A DNA stretch of 64,000 nt. It comes from Lama guanicoe (Eukaryota). Each line of letters begins with the position of its first letter. Position 1 is the stretch's first letter. The position numbers and the translations under genes were made by a program. Positions 51,455 through 64,000 of the stretch are shown one piece after another. The DNA is taken from assembly GCA_013239625.1 (NCBI GenBank), contig MU053652.1, positions 9,092,507 to 9,156,506 of the forward strand, written 5' to 3'. Below the pieces are notes generated by a model. That model was not told the origin of the DNA and made no database searches. It saw only the letters and a program-made list of their open reading frames with translations.

Positions 51455-51670
51455 TTAATAGCTATCTTCCCTTATTACCCACCATTGGCCAAGACGCTTT
51501 ACAAACATTAACCCTAATGCTTCATCTGTATGCAAAATGGAAACATCAACACTGATTTGGAGACAATGGAGCTGAACCTCAGAGGGGTTACGGGGCCTTA
51601 TGCTAGTGGCCGAGCTGGGATTCAAAGCCAGTTCTAACTCCAAAGCCCGTGTTCAATCTGACACTCTCTC
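51455..51670 (-). mobile_element. MIR
   Basis: GCTAGTGGCCGAGCTGGGATTCAAAGCCAG...TAACTCCAAAGCCCGTG. Confidence 0.6.
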
Positions 51671-52350
51671 TTGTGGAGGTATGAAGTGGTTGCCTACAAC
51701 AAACCTGCTGTTTCCTTCTATTTGGAACTCATTTCTTCGAATTCACTATCCCAAACAGCATAAACCTAAAGGCAGAGAGACTGCGAGGTCAGTGTCAAGA
51801 ACATAACTGCGTTCCCCCGGCATTCAGCCGGCCACAGTGAAAAACCAGGAGGTTAGTCAGTGGTCCACGGTCTCTGGAGATCTTCAGTAAGTTTCACAAA
51901 GCTGGGTATGCTGAGCAGTGCCCGGGATCATAAAGGCTGATAACTGGTTTACTAATCATGTGCTTGCCTTTTAGCCAGGGCTACCCTGGGCATTTTTCAG
52001 TCAGTAGTTATTGATCATCTGCTATCTACATAATATTCATTGTGCTAAATAAGCACTGATCCTACCCCTCTTGTTTAAGGAGCTACAAACCTATCAGAAT
52101 ATACACATCCTACTTTGAACGTACATTTTCAGCTGAATTCCCTCTCTCAGCCACGGGATAAACCAAGAACAATGACTCGAGCGCCATTCAATCTAAAAAC
52201 CTCTGGCCACGGGGTGTCTTAATGCTGATTTGTACTTTTATTAGCTTTCATGTAATATGTAGTAAGCACTGTTATACATACAATACCATGGCGTGATAAA
52301 TTTGTAGTCTAATAGAATTTTCATAAATATTTCAGTTGAAACATACTCAC

Positions 52351-52433
52351 ATCAACATAATTGGCATTGATGTAATCAGTCAGTTTGCCATCTTTTTCAG
52401 CAAGTTGTGCAAGTTTAACCCTACTATGATCAT
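52351..52433 (-). CDS. PTPRZ1: PTPRZ1 coding exon (approx. exon 18)
   Basis: ttacag|AT GAT CAT...GTT GAT|gtgagt; 83 nt; (Y)[27 protein letters not shown] (DYINAN motif). Confidence 0.96.
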
Positions 52434-53439
52434 CTGTAATAAAAAAAGAAAGAAAATACTTCACTACAGCATGAACTGCTTTTCAGCATAAAGGTCATTT
52501 ATTTTGACATAATAATTTATCAAATACAATTAAAAGCAATGGAAAAATCATTTACTTTAGTAGGCTTCTGGAGGCTACAGAGATGACAAAAATAAAGATA
52601 GATATAACAAAATCCTCTTCTTGCTGGAAGTTTTCCAACATGGAAGGTGAGAGTGGCCATATACACAGAAAGGAATGTTCAAGTGTCGAGAGAGGTACAG
52701 GATCCTAGAGGGCCAGGAAGGCAGAAATCATAGTGGTTTGGGATGACAACAAACCTTTTCACAGAGGTTGAATCCTGAAGTTGGCGTCTGAGATGGGACA
52801 CTGGGGCTGTGAACACTGGAGAGCCAGTGAAGGGGAGAGAACAGTGATGGGGGTGGCAGAAAGCTGAGGAAGGATGGCAGCACACACGCTCTGATGTGCT
52901 GATGGAGGAAGGGGAAGTAGAGGCGGGAGCAGAAGGGGTCTAGGAAGTGTCCGTCAATGGTTACTGCAAACAGCTCTTTCAAGGGAAGACCTCAAAGAGG
53001 AACCACCGCAAAGGGAGGCGGGAGAGTGACTGCCCAAGAACTGGATCCCGCACCGCCAGGGAAGAGGGGATGAAAACCATGGTCACTTACACATGGCGCA
53101 CGGGGGTCATTAAATATGTGGAAATGGGGAGTTACTTCAGTCCTACAGGGAAGCCATTTATTTGGAGGAACTACGTAATAAGAAAGGAAAGCGTTCCTAG
53201 AAGGACACGTGGTCTCTCACTTGGCAGACTATTTTTTTTCAAGGATGAAGACGTGAAGATATGAATACAGTGAATACAGACCAAGCAAGTGAAAGGTCTC
53301 CTGGGACAGTAATGCCTCAGTGGCAGCAGCAGCTCCCAAGGTGCAGGAAGTGAACACAGAACTGGACGCACAGCAACGGGAAGATGGGTTTGGAGGCCAG
53401 GCTGACCTATTTTTGTATTTTAGTTCTAATATTTTTAGA

Positions 53440-53590
53440 AGGGTGTTCCTGGGTAAATTTTCTGGGTTGGTTTTCTTCATCATTAAAATGGGACTGCTAT
53501 TAACTATCTTGACAGGTTGCTTCAGGGACTGAATGAAAAATGGCTATATAGTGCTAGGCACATAGTAGGTGTTCAACAAATATTCACCTC
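53440..53590 (+). mobile_element. MIR fragment
   Basis: TTTTCTTCATCATTAAAATGGG...GGCACATAGTAGGTGTTCAACAAATA. Confidence 0.55.
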
Positions 53591-54611
53591 CATCCACTTC
53601 TTAGTTAACTGGTGAGTATTTTCTATTTGGCTTGTAGAGGGAATGGTCTAATTACCACATCTCCCTGTCCAAGAAGCAACTGAGTTTTCATGTGCAGCAG
53701 GGTAGAGGCTTCAGGTGAGGAAGGCAAGCATAAAGCAGAGCCTTCCATCGAAGAGAAAAATTGGTGTAAAATGTGTGGGAAAAAAGACAGCATCTATGCG
53801 AATTATTTAAAACAGTGATCATAGAAGTTTCCACTCCAGAAACTAGAATGAAACCAGAATTTAAATCACTAAGCTGGTAATACTGTGTTCACACAAATCT
53901 AGGAAGGTCCACTGAATATATAAGGAAGGATGCTGAAATTTGCGGGAAGAATGAAGACAGATTTCAAGAGATGGAGGGAACTATAAAGGAAAATAAAAGG
54001 GAACAGATGTGAATAAGAGATGCTGCAAGAAGATGGAAGAAAGATGATAATTTCATGGGGAAAAAGTAGGTAAACTTACACTAAAGAAAAGAGCCAGATA
54101 GCTGCTCACGGCAGAGAAAAAGAGAGAGCAGCTAAGACAGTAAAGGGAAGGAAGCAATAAACAGAATGAATCCAGCTAACCCTTTATAAGACCCCAAGAT
54201 AAATGTCAGGAGAGGAAGGAAGAGGGTAGAAGGGAAAAAAAGTCTAAAGAAAATCCCATTTGGGTAGTAAATTCACCTAAAGTAGGTGGATCTCAAGTGA
54301 AAACAGGACTATGGAATAGAAACGATAGAAATCATAAGAACAGATTTACAGTCCATGGGGTCTGAAGAAAGGACTGGATTGAAATTTGAGTTTATTTTGT
54401 TTAATGAAAGAAACAGATACCAGTAACCACAGAACGTATCTGAAGTGCGGAGATACAACGCTATGTGTTCTCTAACGCAAGTCTTATTTCCTGATACAAA
54501 GGTCCCGAGAACAGCTACACTGAGGTCTGCTGTCAAGAGACTTCAGGACGTGGAATTAAAAGCCCCGCAGTGACTGAGAACAAAGGCAGAGCTGAATGAG
54601 GACATACTTAC

Positions 54612-54708
54612 AGGCAACGATATTTACATATCGGTTCTTGTGCTTATTGTCGGGGTGATTGGAGCTGTCTGCTGTGATAGCTAAGTCAACAGTACAGCTC
54701 TGCACCTC
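54612..54708 (-). CDS. PTPRZ1: PTPRZ1 coding exon (approx. exon 17), D1 with KNRY motif
   Basis: ttccag|GAG GTG CAG...GCC T|gtaagt; 97 nt; [32 protein letters not shown](Y). Confidence 0.96.
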
Positions 54709-54879
54709 CTGGAAAGAAATTGTACGTGTAACATTTCAACACACGTCCTTGCAAATAAAGTGCCTTAAAATATACTAAGGAAGACAAAACAAACAAAACA
54801 ATCTACTCCCAAAAAATTTTTTTTCACACGTTACAACTATTTCTGGGCTATAAGAAAATGCAGTGAAAGAATGCCTTAC

Positions 54880-54900
54880 CTGGTAAAACTCTTTCAGTGT
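54880..54900 (-). CDS. PTPRZ1: PTPRZ1 21-nt microexon (exon 16, TLKEFYQ)
   Basis: ctcattag|ACA CTG AAA GAG TTT TAC CAG|gtaagg; frame-preserving; matches the known optional 7-aa insert of PTPRZ. Confidence 0.93.
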
Positions 54901-56564
54901 CTAATGAGGGAATGAATGCCAAAAAAGTAAAGAAATCAAATTCCACAGCACACGACAAATGAGAAAGAAAAGTGTTCATATTAGGTTTACAATGGAAAAC
55001 CACGATCATGCAATAAATACATTTGTCAAATACCAACAAAACAGAGTGTTTCAAACAGTTGCATGCAAATCAAACTTCTAATACTTCGGGACCTTAAAAT
55101 TACATAAAAGGAAAAAAAATAACACTTTTAAAGGGGACAGTGGTATAACAGTATGATGAATTTTTAAAATGCTGATGAGAAAAACCACGTATTTGATGAC
55201 ACATTTTTGACATATCAGATTTTCTAATGTCAAAATATAATTGTATTTGGCCTCAATAGCACTATTTGACACTGAGTTAGTGAAACTTTTTTTTGTTTAT
55301 TTTGAGAAATTTTAAAGAGTAAAAAGTTTCCTATTAGGTGGTTGGTAATAGATTTAGAACTGTCAAAATATTAGCAATCCCCTAAAATTTTTTATTGTAT
55401 ATACCATGTATTTTGAAATAAAATTTAGATAACATTAGTTTCTACATATTTAATTAGTAGATCTCTTTTTAATTAAAATTTCAATGGGGAGAGAAAAGTT
55501 AGTTTTGCCATTTTTCTTTTAAAATGAATTAAAATCCTTCTCAGGGATGTCTTCTACCTAAATATGTTAACTTGGAATTCATCATGATTTAGTACGTATT
55601 AAGATATTAACAGGAAAGCCTTATAATTTCTGAGAACATATATAACCCAAATATAAATCTGATTCATCAGCAAAATGGCTCAGCCTTTCTCCAAACAAGC
55701 TTTTAAGGCCTCTTTCTCAGCAAATCATTCTGACGCTGGGTTTAAAAACAATTTATTACATAAACCACTTAAAAGGTGTTGCATTATTATTTATTCATCT
55801 AATTATTAAGTTAATGAAAAGTTTTCTTCCATCAGACTGTGAGTTAAAAGCAATGGAATTAAGAAAACACTTTTTGAGTAAAAATGTGAGGTTATTCTAT
55901 TAATTTAATCATTATGAACTGCTTCGTAATTTTCAACATGATTTTATAGTTGTGAAAACCGTGACTCTGCCCTTGTGCATATGCTATCAGCACCTTTTAT
56001 TGTAAATTGTCTGTTTTTCATTACGGTTTTGAACATTTGGAAGATCAGACCTATCCATAACAGTCTCCCTTCTGCAACTATGATCTTGTTTGGTGTGTGC
56101 TTGATCATTTCTATGAGTTACTACTGCACCACCCAGTAATCTCTATTATGGCAAGAAAAAATAACGTGATGTTTTAAATATATAATTCTTTATATTATTC
56201 CACATTACCCGGTAGTCACCTCACACTGTTTTCTTATTCAGTGCAGTTATGACTTAGATTTCTTTTAAGATCAAATGAGCTGGCTTCTGTTTTTAATGAC
56301 AACGACCATATGACAATACACTTTACTTTCCTTTGGGTTCTCAAAGTTTCTAATCTCTGGCATTTTCCTTCCCTAAGTATGTTCTAGTTGACGTGATTCC
56401 TGGGAAGCAGCTGCTGGATGTGACGGGGACAGTGGAACACCACTGGATCAGGATCTGAGCTCAAAGGGCTCTGAGCACTTGGGGGTGAGGTGGGGAGGCA
56501 AAAAAGCAATGGGATGCTTCCAAAAGGGGAGAGACTGGGCTGAAGCTGGAGAGCCCTCGATTTC

Positions 56565-56770
56565 TAGAATGGAAAGGGCATGAGAGTTTAAATCACAGAC
56601 TAGGTTTGAATCCCAGCCCTGATATTTGTTAATTGTTAATTAACTTCTGTGGAAGTTGATTTCATCAGTAATAAGAATAGAAATAAAATGGGTGAGGGTT
56701 AATTGTTGAAGCATTTAGTACAATGACCAGCACAGGAGAGAGGTAACTTTACGTTTTGTGGTTATCACTG
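56565..56770 (+). mobile_element. MIR fragment
   Basis: TGGAAAGGGCATG...CAGACTAGGTTTGAATCCCAGCCCTG. Confidence 0.55.
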
Positions 56771-57424
56771 TTAACTGTGGGCTTATGTCGCCCTATTTTG
56801 AAAAATCTGCCTAACTGATCGCTTGGGAGGCCGTGATAAATATGCACTAAATGTCTCTGCCCCCACCGTCTAAGTGTGTTTTACAGAATATTACTAGAAA
56901 AATCTTCACTGGTTGTTAAGTTCAAATGTGTTTTAGAAATGCGTACTTTCTTGAGAAGAAGACGGGGTTTTACCTTGCATAGTATTCATTATGCCTTCCA
57001 AATCAGTGCTTCAGCACTTACACTGTTTTAATACTTACAATTAAGAGCTTGTATGTACTTTGGCTGAAAATTATGAAATTTAGTTATTTACTATGATTCA
57101 CATAGTTTAGAAAATTAAAAGGAATCAATCAGTTTTTAATTTAGACTTAAAAAGGGAAAAGAATACTGGAGTTCTGATCATATGGGAGAGAATCAACTAT
57201 GTTTTGGTTTTTTCCACTAGTACAATTTGACTTTTAAAATGGAAAGCCGATTTTCTAAATTACATGACTCACCCATAACACATCTCCTAAACACATAATT
57301 GATTATGGAACTAATATTCTCGCTAGAAGTAAAAATGGTTTCAATGTTAATAAACAGTCTACTGCTGAATTTTTAAAATTTACCATTTTCTATATTATTT
57401 AAAGTATACACATTAAAATCATAC

Positions 57425-57510
57425 CTCAAATTCTTCAGTAAACCCACTACTTGCATGTAAGTCTGCAACATGTTTTGGAAAGTGCTTTATTGGAATTGCT
57501 CCAACATCAT
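57425..57510 (-). CDS. PTPRZ1: PTPRZ1 coding exon (approx. exon 15)
   Basis: cacctag|AT GAT GTT...TTT GAG|gtatga; 86 nt; (D)[28 protein letters not shown]. Confidence 0.95.
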
Positions 57511-60214
57511 CTAGGTGAATAAAAAAAAATTGGGTTGGAAAGGACAACTGAACAGAAGAAACTGTGCCTCTCATTTATAAAAATTTATAAAAAGCCTTCT
57601 TCTAAAACAACTTCAAAGTTCAGTTATTTCTATAATCTGGATTGAATCTCTGTTCAATAAAACATGAAGCCACAATTATCAACTTTCTCTATATTTACTA
57701 TCAATCATAAGCTGCATTTTAGAATTCTGATTTGATCAGGAATCCCTTTTCCTTTCATACTCTAAAGCGAAAAGAATTAATTTTCAAAGTTAGGTTATAA
57801 ATACTACCAAAGCCTTACTTCTTATCAATGGACTGCATCTCTTTATAGGTAACTTTCTTAAACATGAGTGATAATTGCCTGTAAATTCCAGGGAAAAATG
57901 CAGAAATAATATATTTTCAATTTTACCGTGGACTAAACATAACATATAATGCAATTTCAGTTTTATAAAATCGTACAATTTAAGGTCTCTCAGTTAAATA
58001 TTCAGATGTTTATGTCTGAAAGCATTTTTTCCTTCTCTCTAGAAATAATAGAAAACATTTATATGCAGACTATTCATTAAAGATAATGCCAAAACCTTTG
58101 GGACTTTAAATCTGTAAAATTTCAAGAACTGTAACTTGAAAATATGCTACGTAAACAAAGTCATTAGGTCTGTTAATTAATTGTGAAAGGGCCAAATTAT
58201 TTTATCTGTTTTTTTTCCCCTGGAAAGACTTTCTTATACTAAACATATTACTAGTTCACAGTGTGCAGTTTCACAAGTGATATCTCGGACAAGGAAACAT
58301 CAAACACATTTCACTAGAAACAGTTATTTACATCAACAGATGTTCAGCATCTAGTCCATTTAATATTGTTAAGCTTCAGTTACCAAGAATTTATTGATTT
58401 ACAAAAAAAAATTAGAATCCATCTGTTCTCTTTTAGATGAGTATACCTGAATATTAAAATTGAATTAGCGAGTTAAACTTAAGAAACACTAGACAAAGGT
58501 GTAATTCCACCTTCACACCTACAGAAGGAACTTGCCTGGAAGTAGCTTTTATAATTAGGTAAGAAAACAGAAATAACTTGTCACATCTAAATCACTAGTT
58601 CTCCTAGTAAAGGTCTGTCAAACCCACAGAAATTATCCTGCACAGCTAATCTCTTTCTATGAGCGAAACGACTACTTTTTATTTACAATCATGTCTTTTG
58701 GTAATTTCTTTTATGAACTGGTCCGCAAGTAAGTGAGACTAACGTATCCTTTTATTTCCTGATTTTATATGAAAATGCACATATGGGGCAATCAGGAGTG
58801 CATCTTTTGAGGGCCAAGCAGGTGAAATGAGGACACGCCCTTGATCACTGTTTGTCTGAGAAGTAGAACAGGTGATTCTGGATTCCCCTGGGCAAGGTCC
58901 TGATTTTGGATTAATTATTGTTAACAAGAAAACTACATTGGCCTTTGAATAATGTGATTAATGTTCATAGCCACCCTAACAGAGTATACAGGAGATGTAT
59001 GTTTGGAAAGTGAAGAGAATCAAAATGCAGCAGATAACTGAGAGCACCTGGTCTCAAAATTCTAAATACATTAATAAGAAATTGTGCTCTACTAAAAGAA
59101 ATGGACAGAATTTTAATATAAACTAGAAAAACAGAAACAAAGTCTTGGTAGTTAAAGACAGAGAGTCGGGAAAAGAGTTAAAAGAGTGAAACACTTCTAA
59201 TTCCTATGCCTGTTGAAAATTACAAGGAAAATGCTTCTCTTTTGAATTTTCTGCTTTTTAGATTACGAGACTTGAGAAGATAACATCATGTAGAACTTGG
59301 GCCTCAAGCAATGACATGTGACGTCTCAGACGATTTACATTTAACAAGAGGCTTCTGTACAAAGACCACGACCACGGAAAGAACTGTTCCTTTTGCTTCC
59401 CCTGGTTTGGTGACTCTCCGTGTCCTTGGCTCACGCTCTGTCCATCAGTACTGCTTTTGTAGTTCACGTATTTCTAGACAAACTTTTTTTTTGTTATCAC
59501 TTTTCATTCTGAAATGTTATAAAATGTTAATTCAATAAGTGTCTGTGATCTTAGTGACAGTGTGAACTTTAGGGTCAATGAGCGTCTTACTCAAAATGAC
59601 TCAGGTTGATTCTTGAACACTGTTAACTAGGTACGTTCTGATAAAACACATGACGTTTTTCCCAGGTATTCATCTGTCTGACATTTTTACTTAAAAGTAT
59701 TTCAGGCAACCATACATTCTTTGTGCTACCCTCACCATTTTTATAGTTTCCTTTTTTTCTAATGTAGTTAAGAAACTTTTTCTCATATACACCCAGATAA
59801 TCAGAAAGGAATTACACTTTGCCTTTATTTTTGTGGTTCTGTCCTGTCCATCTTTATTGAGCTGCTTTAGTCTGGCTTTGTCGTTTCAGTTTCCATTAAA
59901 GTCACTGAAATGACCAAAAGTCAGCATCATTCCTTACTAATATTTTATTGCTATGTTTATGCTTTTGAAAACATACAACATCTGAACAATTATAAATTGT
60001 TTTGCAGTATCACCTGCATGGTTAAGAATGTTCAAAATTAATGAGAACAATTAATAAACCTGAGTGCCTGATACACAATATTTTGGGCAACACAAATATT
60101 CCCTGATCTACATCACAGTCATTTGCAAAGTACCCCAGTAAGGACAAACCTTCCAACATTGTGCTTTTCAGTTAACAGCTACCAGCTACTCATGGTCACA
60201 CTTCAAGCTGTTAC

Positions 60215-60306
60215 CTGAAATTGGAAAGATGGGCGTTGGAGGTGTGGATATTACTCGAGGGGACGTACTGTCCTCTAAATAAAAGTGTGCAGTCTGGAAA
60301 CATTTT
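60215..60306 (-). CDS. PTPRZ1: PTPRZ1 coding exon (approx. exon 14), juxtamembrane
   Basis: Minus strand ttccag|A AAA TGT TTC...ATT TCA G|gtaaca; 92 nt; (R)[30 protein letters not shown](D). Confidence 0.95.
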
Positions 60307-61314
60307 CTGGAAAGAAAAGAAAGCAATTTATACTACTCGCTGGTATGGACAATAAGACAACTTCTGAGCTGCTTAAAAATTATGACAGAAATCTCCAGGA
60401 TTAAAACATCAGTGGATCTCTATACCTGTTTTTACAAAACACAGGTATTAAAGAATTTTATAGCCTCCAAACTTGTCAGTTTTACCTGTACCAGATGCAG
60501 AAGAGCGAGCAGATTTGAGACATGCGGAAAGCAGAGATGATACTTGCAGCTGAGCCAAGTAGGAGGACACCTCAACGCCCCAGTCCCCCACAGCTGCGAT
60601 GCCCCAGTGTGCCCTGCCTCCCTGGGCAGGACCAGAGTGGGAAAGAAGGTCTGTCCAAAGCTATTTTTCACTCAATATTTAAGTGACTGTTCCGGGTATA
60701 TGCAGCTGCTAGCAAAAGGCAGCAAGCTATCACCATGTGGCAGTGAAATTCCACAGTGGTAACATGTTGATGAAAAAAGGAGGCAGCTTTACCTTTGAAG
60801 TTTGATAATGCAACAATGACAGAGCAAAGTGAGGAAATAATGAGCATATAACCCAAGACAGGGACGATTTTCTCTCCAACAGATACTAGCCTTGTTGGCG
60901 AGGGTTTTGAGAGTGAATGTATTTGGAGCCAACGACAACCATGACCTACAATGTCACCTGGATCTATTTTCACTCAGATAATAAGAGTAACATCTGGCAG
61001 GAGCAAAGTGCAGACTACTGAGAAGAGCAAAGAACCAACTGCTGCTGAAAACTAATGCAAACTACCCTTAATTAAAACAATTTCGATGATTAAAACTGCT
61101 AAGGACACTCTTTGATGCGGGTCATTTCATTGATTTGAAATATTACTCATGAGTGGTTCAGTCGAAATAGAAAGATCTGTTTGAGGGAAAATGCCAGTCT
61201 TCCTTCCATTTAAAAGATTCCAGGAACAAGAAATTTATCCTAATGAGCTTTAACGTAACATTGTGTTCTTATAGGACACACTTCAGTTGCGGTATTTTCT
61301 CAATAATCAGTTCC

Positions 61315-61860
61315 CTGCATAGAATTCTTCAGTGGCTTCCCACTGGAATTAGAAAGCTTTCAGTGACTTCAGCAAGGGCTGTAGGACCCTTCTGTGACCT
61401 AGTCCCCTTTTGCTGTAACTGTTTCATCTCCAAGTCTCCCTCACCCACTAGGCTCTAGCCCTCACTGGCTCCTTCTTTCTCCCTCAAAGAAGCCCTGTCG
61501 GTATCACCTTCGGGCCCCGGTTTCTGATTTTCCCTCTGGCCACCTGCCTCCTTCCCATCACTTATGCATTGGCTCAAATGCCATTTCCTCTGAGAGTCCT
61601 TCCCTGACCACCTGAGCGAAAAGTATCAGCACATCCTGCCAAGTCACTAATCTTCCCCCTTCTGTTTGCTTTGTGGCACGTACCAGTATCTGAAATACCA
61701 TATTTATACATTTGTTTATTTGTCTTTTATGATTTTAGTTGGTCCTCCCTCACTGGAAGATAACTCCCCAAAAGGCAAGGTACTTTGTCCTAACGCAGTG
61801 TCAAGAACAGTGTCTGACTTGTTGTAGGTGCCCTGAAATACCTGGTCAATGAATTTACGC
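61315..61860 (+). mobile_element. L2 3' fragment
   Basis: TTCTTCAGTGGCTTCCCACTG, GCTCAAATGCCATTTCCTCTGAGAGTCCTTCCCTGACCACC, AGAACAGTGTCTGAC...GTAGGTGC. Confidence 0.7.
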
Positions 61861-62782
61861 TGTATGTCTGAGTGGGACAAAATTATATTGTTTATTACAA
61901 CTTTAATGTCACAAGACAAAAAAATATTCAAAAGCAACGATGCGGATAGCAAAAACTAGCTTCCTGCTCTGACGGTATAAACCTCTGATAATCAAACCTG
62001 TGAGAACGTACATAATTGACAGAACGTAAGAATGTCTTCAAGAGAGGTAGGAGAAAGAGGAGCAAGTGAGGAGTAGCGTCCAAGGGACCCTGAGCTAGGT
62101 GCAGATCCTGGGAAGTGGGAAGAGCATGGCGGACTAATGACAAAGGGGAGGGATGAGGGCCACAGGTGATTATGATAAAGAAACTATCCTACTGAAAGTC
62201 CACACTTGAGCAGAACTGACACCAGTCTGGAGCAGAAACAACAGGGCACATGCGGCTTATCCGTGCGACTACAGATGTAGTGTATTCTGACACACTGATA
62301 TGGAAACACTGGGTTTGATACCCACTTTTAAGATCACAAAATTAAAATCTCTTTGAGTTCCCCTAAAATCCAGTTCTATAAGCTGGTTAAAAGGTTTCTA
62401 TTTATTTTTCATTGCATTTTAAAGTTGTAAAATGCCTTAAGGGACCTAGTGCAGTATGACAGCTGACACAAGAATCCCTTCCCCAGCATCTTTGATGTAT
62501 AAAGAAGGTCTCGTATGAACACCTTCAGGGACAAGGGGCTTACTTCTTTATGGGGACCATCTGTAGTTACTAGACATTTCTTATACCAACCGAGAACGTA
62601 GTCCCTTGTAAGCAATCTCCAAATGGTACACAAAGAGGAGGCTCTCCTATTCCAAGTAAATCCCACCAACCATAACGTACTCAGCTGCATTCTAGACTCT
62701 CTTGCCTACCTGAGCCTCAAATGAGATTACCTTAAAATTTCAAAACATTTGGGAGGGAGAGGTAGAATATATAGCTAGAGAA

Positions 62783-62812
62783 AGATGGATGGATGGATAG
62801 ATAGATGGATAG
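62783..62812. repeat. (GGAT/AGAT)n tetranucleotide microsatellite
   Basis: Directly visible. Confidence 0.8.
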
Positions 62813-64000
62813 AGGACATGTCTGGGATAATGGGAAGAAGACATATAGGTAATGAAGTTTAACAAATTACTAGTATTCATTGTAGTATCTGGGTAAATAC
62901 CAGCTCTATTCTTTTCAGCTGTGTAATCAAATACTTGTTGGTTTTAGAAAACAAGTGGTCCAATAATGTTACTTGCATTAATAAGTAACAAGGAAATGTA
63001 TAAATCATGCCAATAAGCTTGTAAGTGGGAAAACTAAAATTAAAACAGTACAGGATGAATTCTGGATGAAAAGCATCTGAATTGGATTAGTTAGGTACAC
63101 TTTCTAGTGCAGTCTTCCCAGGAAGTGACATTCTTCTTAAAAGACTGCATGATACTAAGAGGCCACCATGCTGGGTTGATAGTTACCTTCAGTGACCCAC
63201 AGGTTTGAATTCAAAATCAAGAGAGAATCCATATCGCTTCTCTTCCCCCTCTCCAGAGCCAAAACAACTGTGTCTGTGGAAAGTTCTGTTTCACATTGCT
63301 TTTGATGGAGTGCTGCTTTGGTGTTTTTTAGATTCTAACTATTCAAAAAGCTTTCAAAAATTCACCCTCTATCATCTTTAAAAAGAACGTTTAAAACATA
63401 TTCCTTACGGAAGGAATTTTGCATCTTAGAAACTTACGATTTGGCTCATGTAAATTATACCTTAAAACATCTGGAAAATAATTTCAAGGCATGTTATTTA
63501 ACGTATGACAAGATTCAGTATCCATGGTCCATCTGTTCTGTATCAGCAGTGTACGTCTTCGCGTCTATGTGCTAAGTGTTGATAACTGTCTCCTGCTAAT
63601 TATCACTCAGTCATGATGAAAAAAGTGATGACTGTTTTAAACTTGTAGACATAGGTCCTATCAATCAATGTTAATCCGATTATTTAATTTACACCTTTTC
63701 ATCACAGTATTTAGAATTAAAAGCTAGAAATGTGTAATTATTATTCCATTTTTGGATCCTTATACAAATATGAAACAATATTCATCATGCTGTATTCATC
63801 ACAGAAGCCCTAAAGAAAGTCTGACTGCAATCTTAAAGATGATTTCATGGACCCTCCCCACTAGTGGTAAAAAGAGGTCACTGATTCTTTGCTGGGTAAG
63901 TGTCTGGTCCAAGGTCATGTAGCAAATGTCAGGACGATATGGGAAAGTGACCCTGATTTCATCACTTCTAATTTGTTCTGTCTTTCTGCTACAACATGCT

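Noticed and set aside
60780..61090. Several ACAAT (SOX-like) motifs in the PTPRZ1 intron
   Set aside because: Five-base motifs at this density are expected in AT-rich DNA; unsupported without conservation data.
60307..64000. Search for the PTPRZ1 transmembrane exon
   Set aside because: No hydrophobic TM-encoding exon found; it must lie beyond the window.

Overview
Mammalian genomic DNA, probably from a camelid: it carries two short tRNA-derived SINEs resembling the Vic-1 family and I saw no ruminant BovB/Bov-tA or primate Alu elements. It is a draft assembly with two N-gaps. The window holds the 3' ends of two convergent genes, arranged as at human 7q31.3. AASS (alpha-aminoadipic semialdehyde synthase, + strand) contributes its last 9 coding exons at 3358-22491, encoding the saccharopine dehydrogenase half. 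PTPRZ1 (receptor tyrosine phosphatase zeta, - strand) contributes 17 exons at 60306-33913, covering the juxtamembrane region, active D1, inactive D2 and the PDZ-binding tail. All internal exons have GT-AG boundaries and join in frame; exon numbers are inferred by counting back from the human gene structure. The rest is intronic or intergenic and rich in L1, L2, MIR, MLT1 and MER repeats, named by eye so subfamily calls are tentative. I found no new multi-gene system. The most unusual observation is a SINE inserted directly behind the PTPRZ1 exon-20 splice donor, whose apparent target-site duplication copied the donor itself, creating a second AG|GTGAGT 97 nt downstream. Also notable are a 914-bp duplication of the AASS last exon across a gap (probably an assembly artefact), the 21-nt PTPRZ1 microexon with nearby splicing-factor motifs, and an apparent Gly-to-Asp change at the last AASS exon junction.
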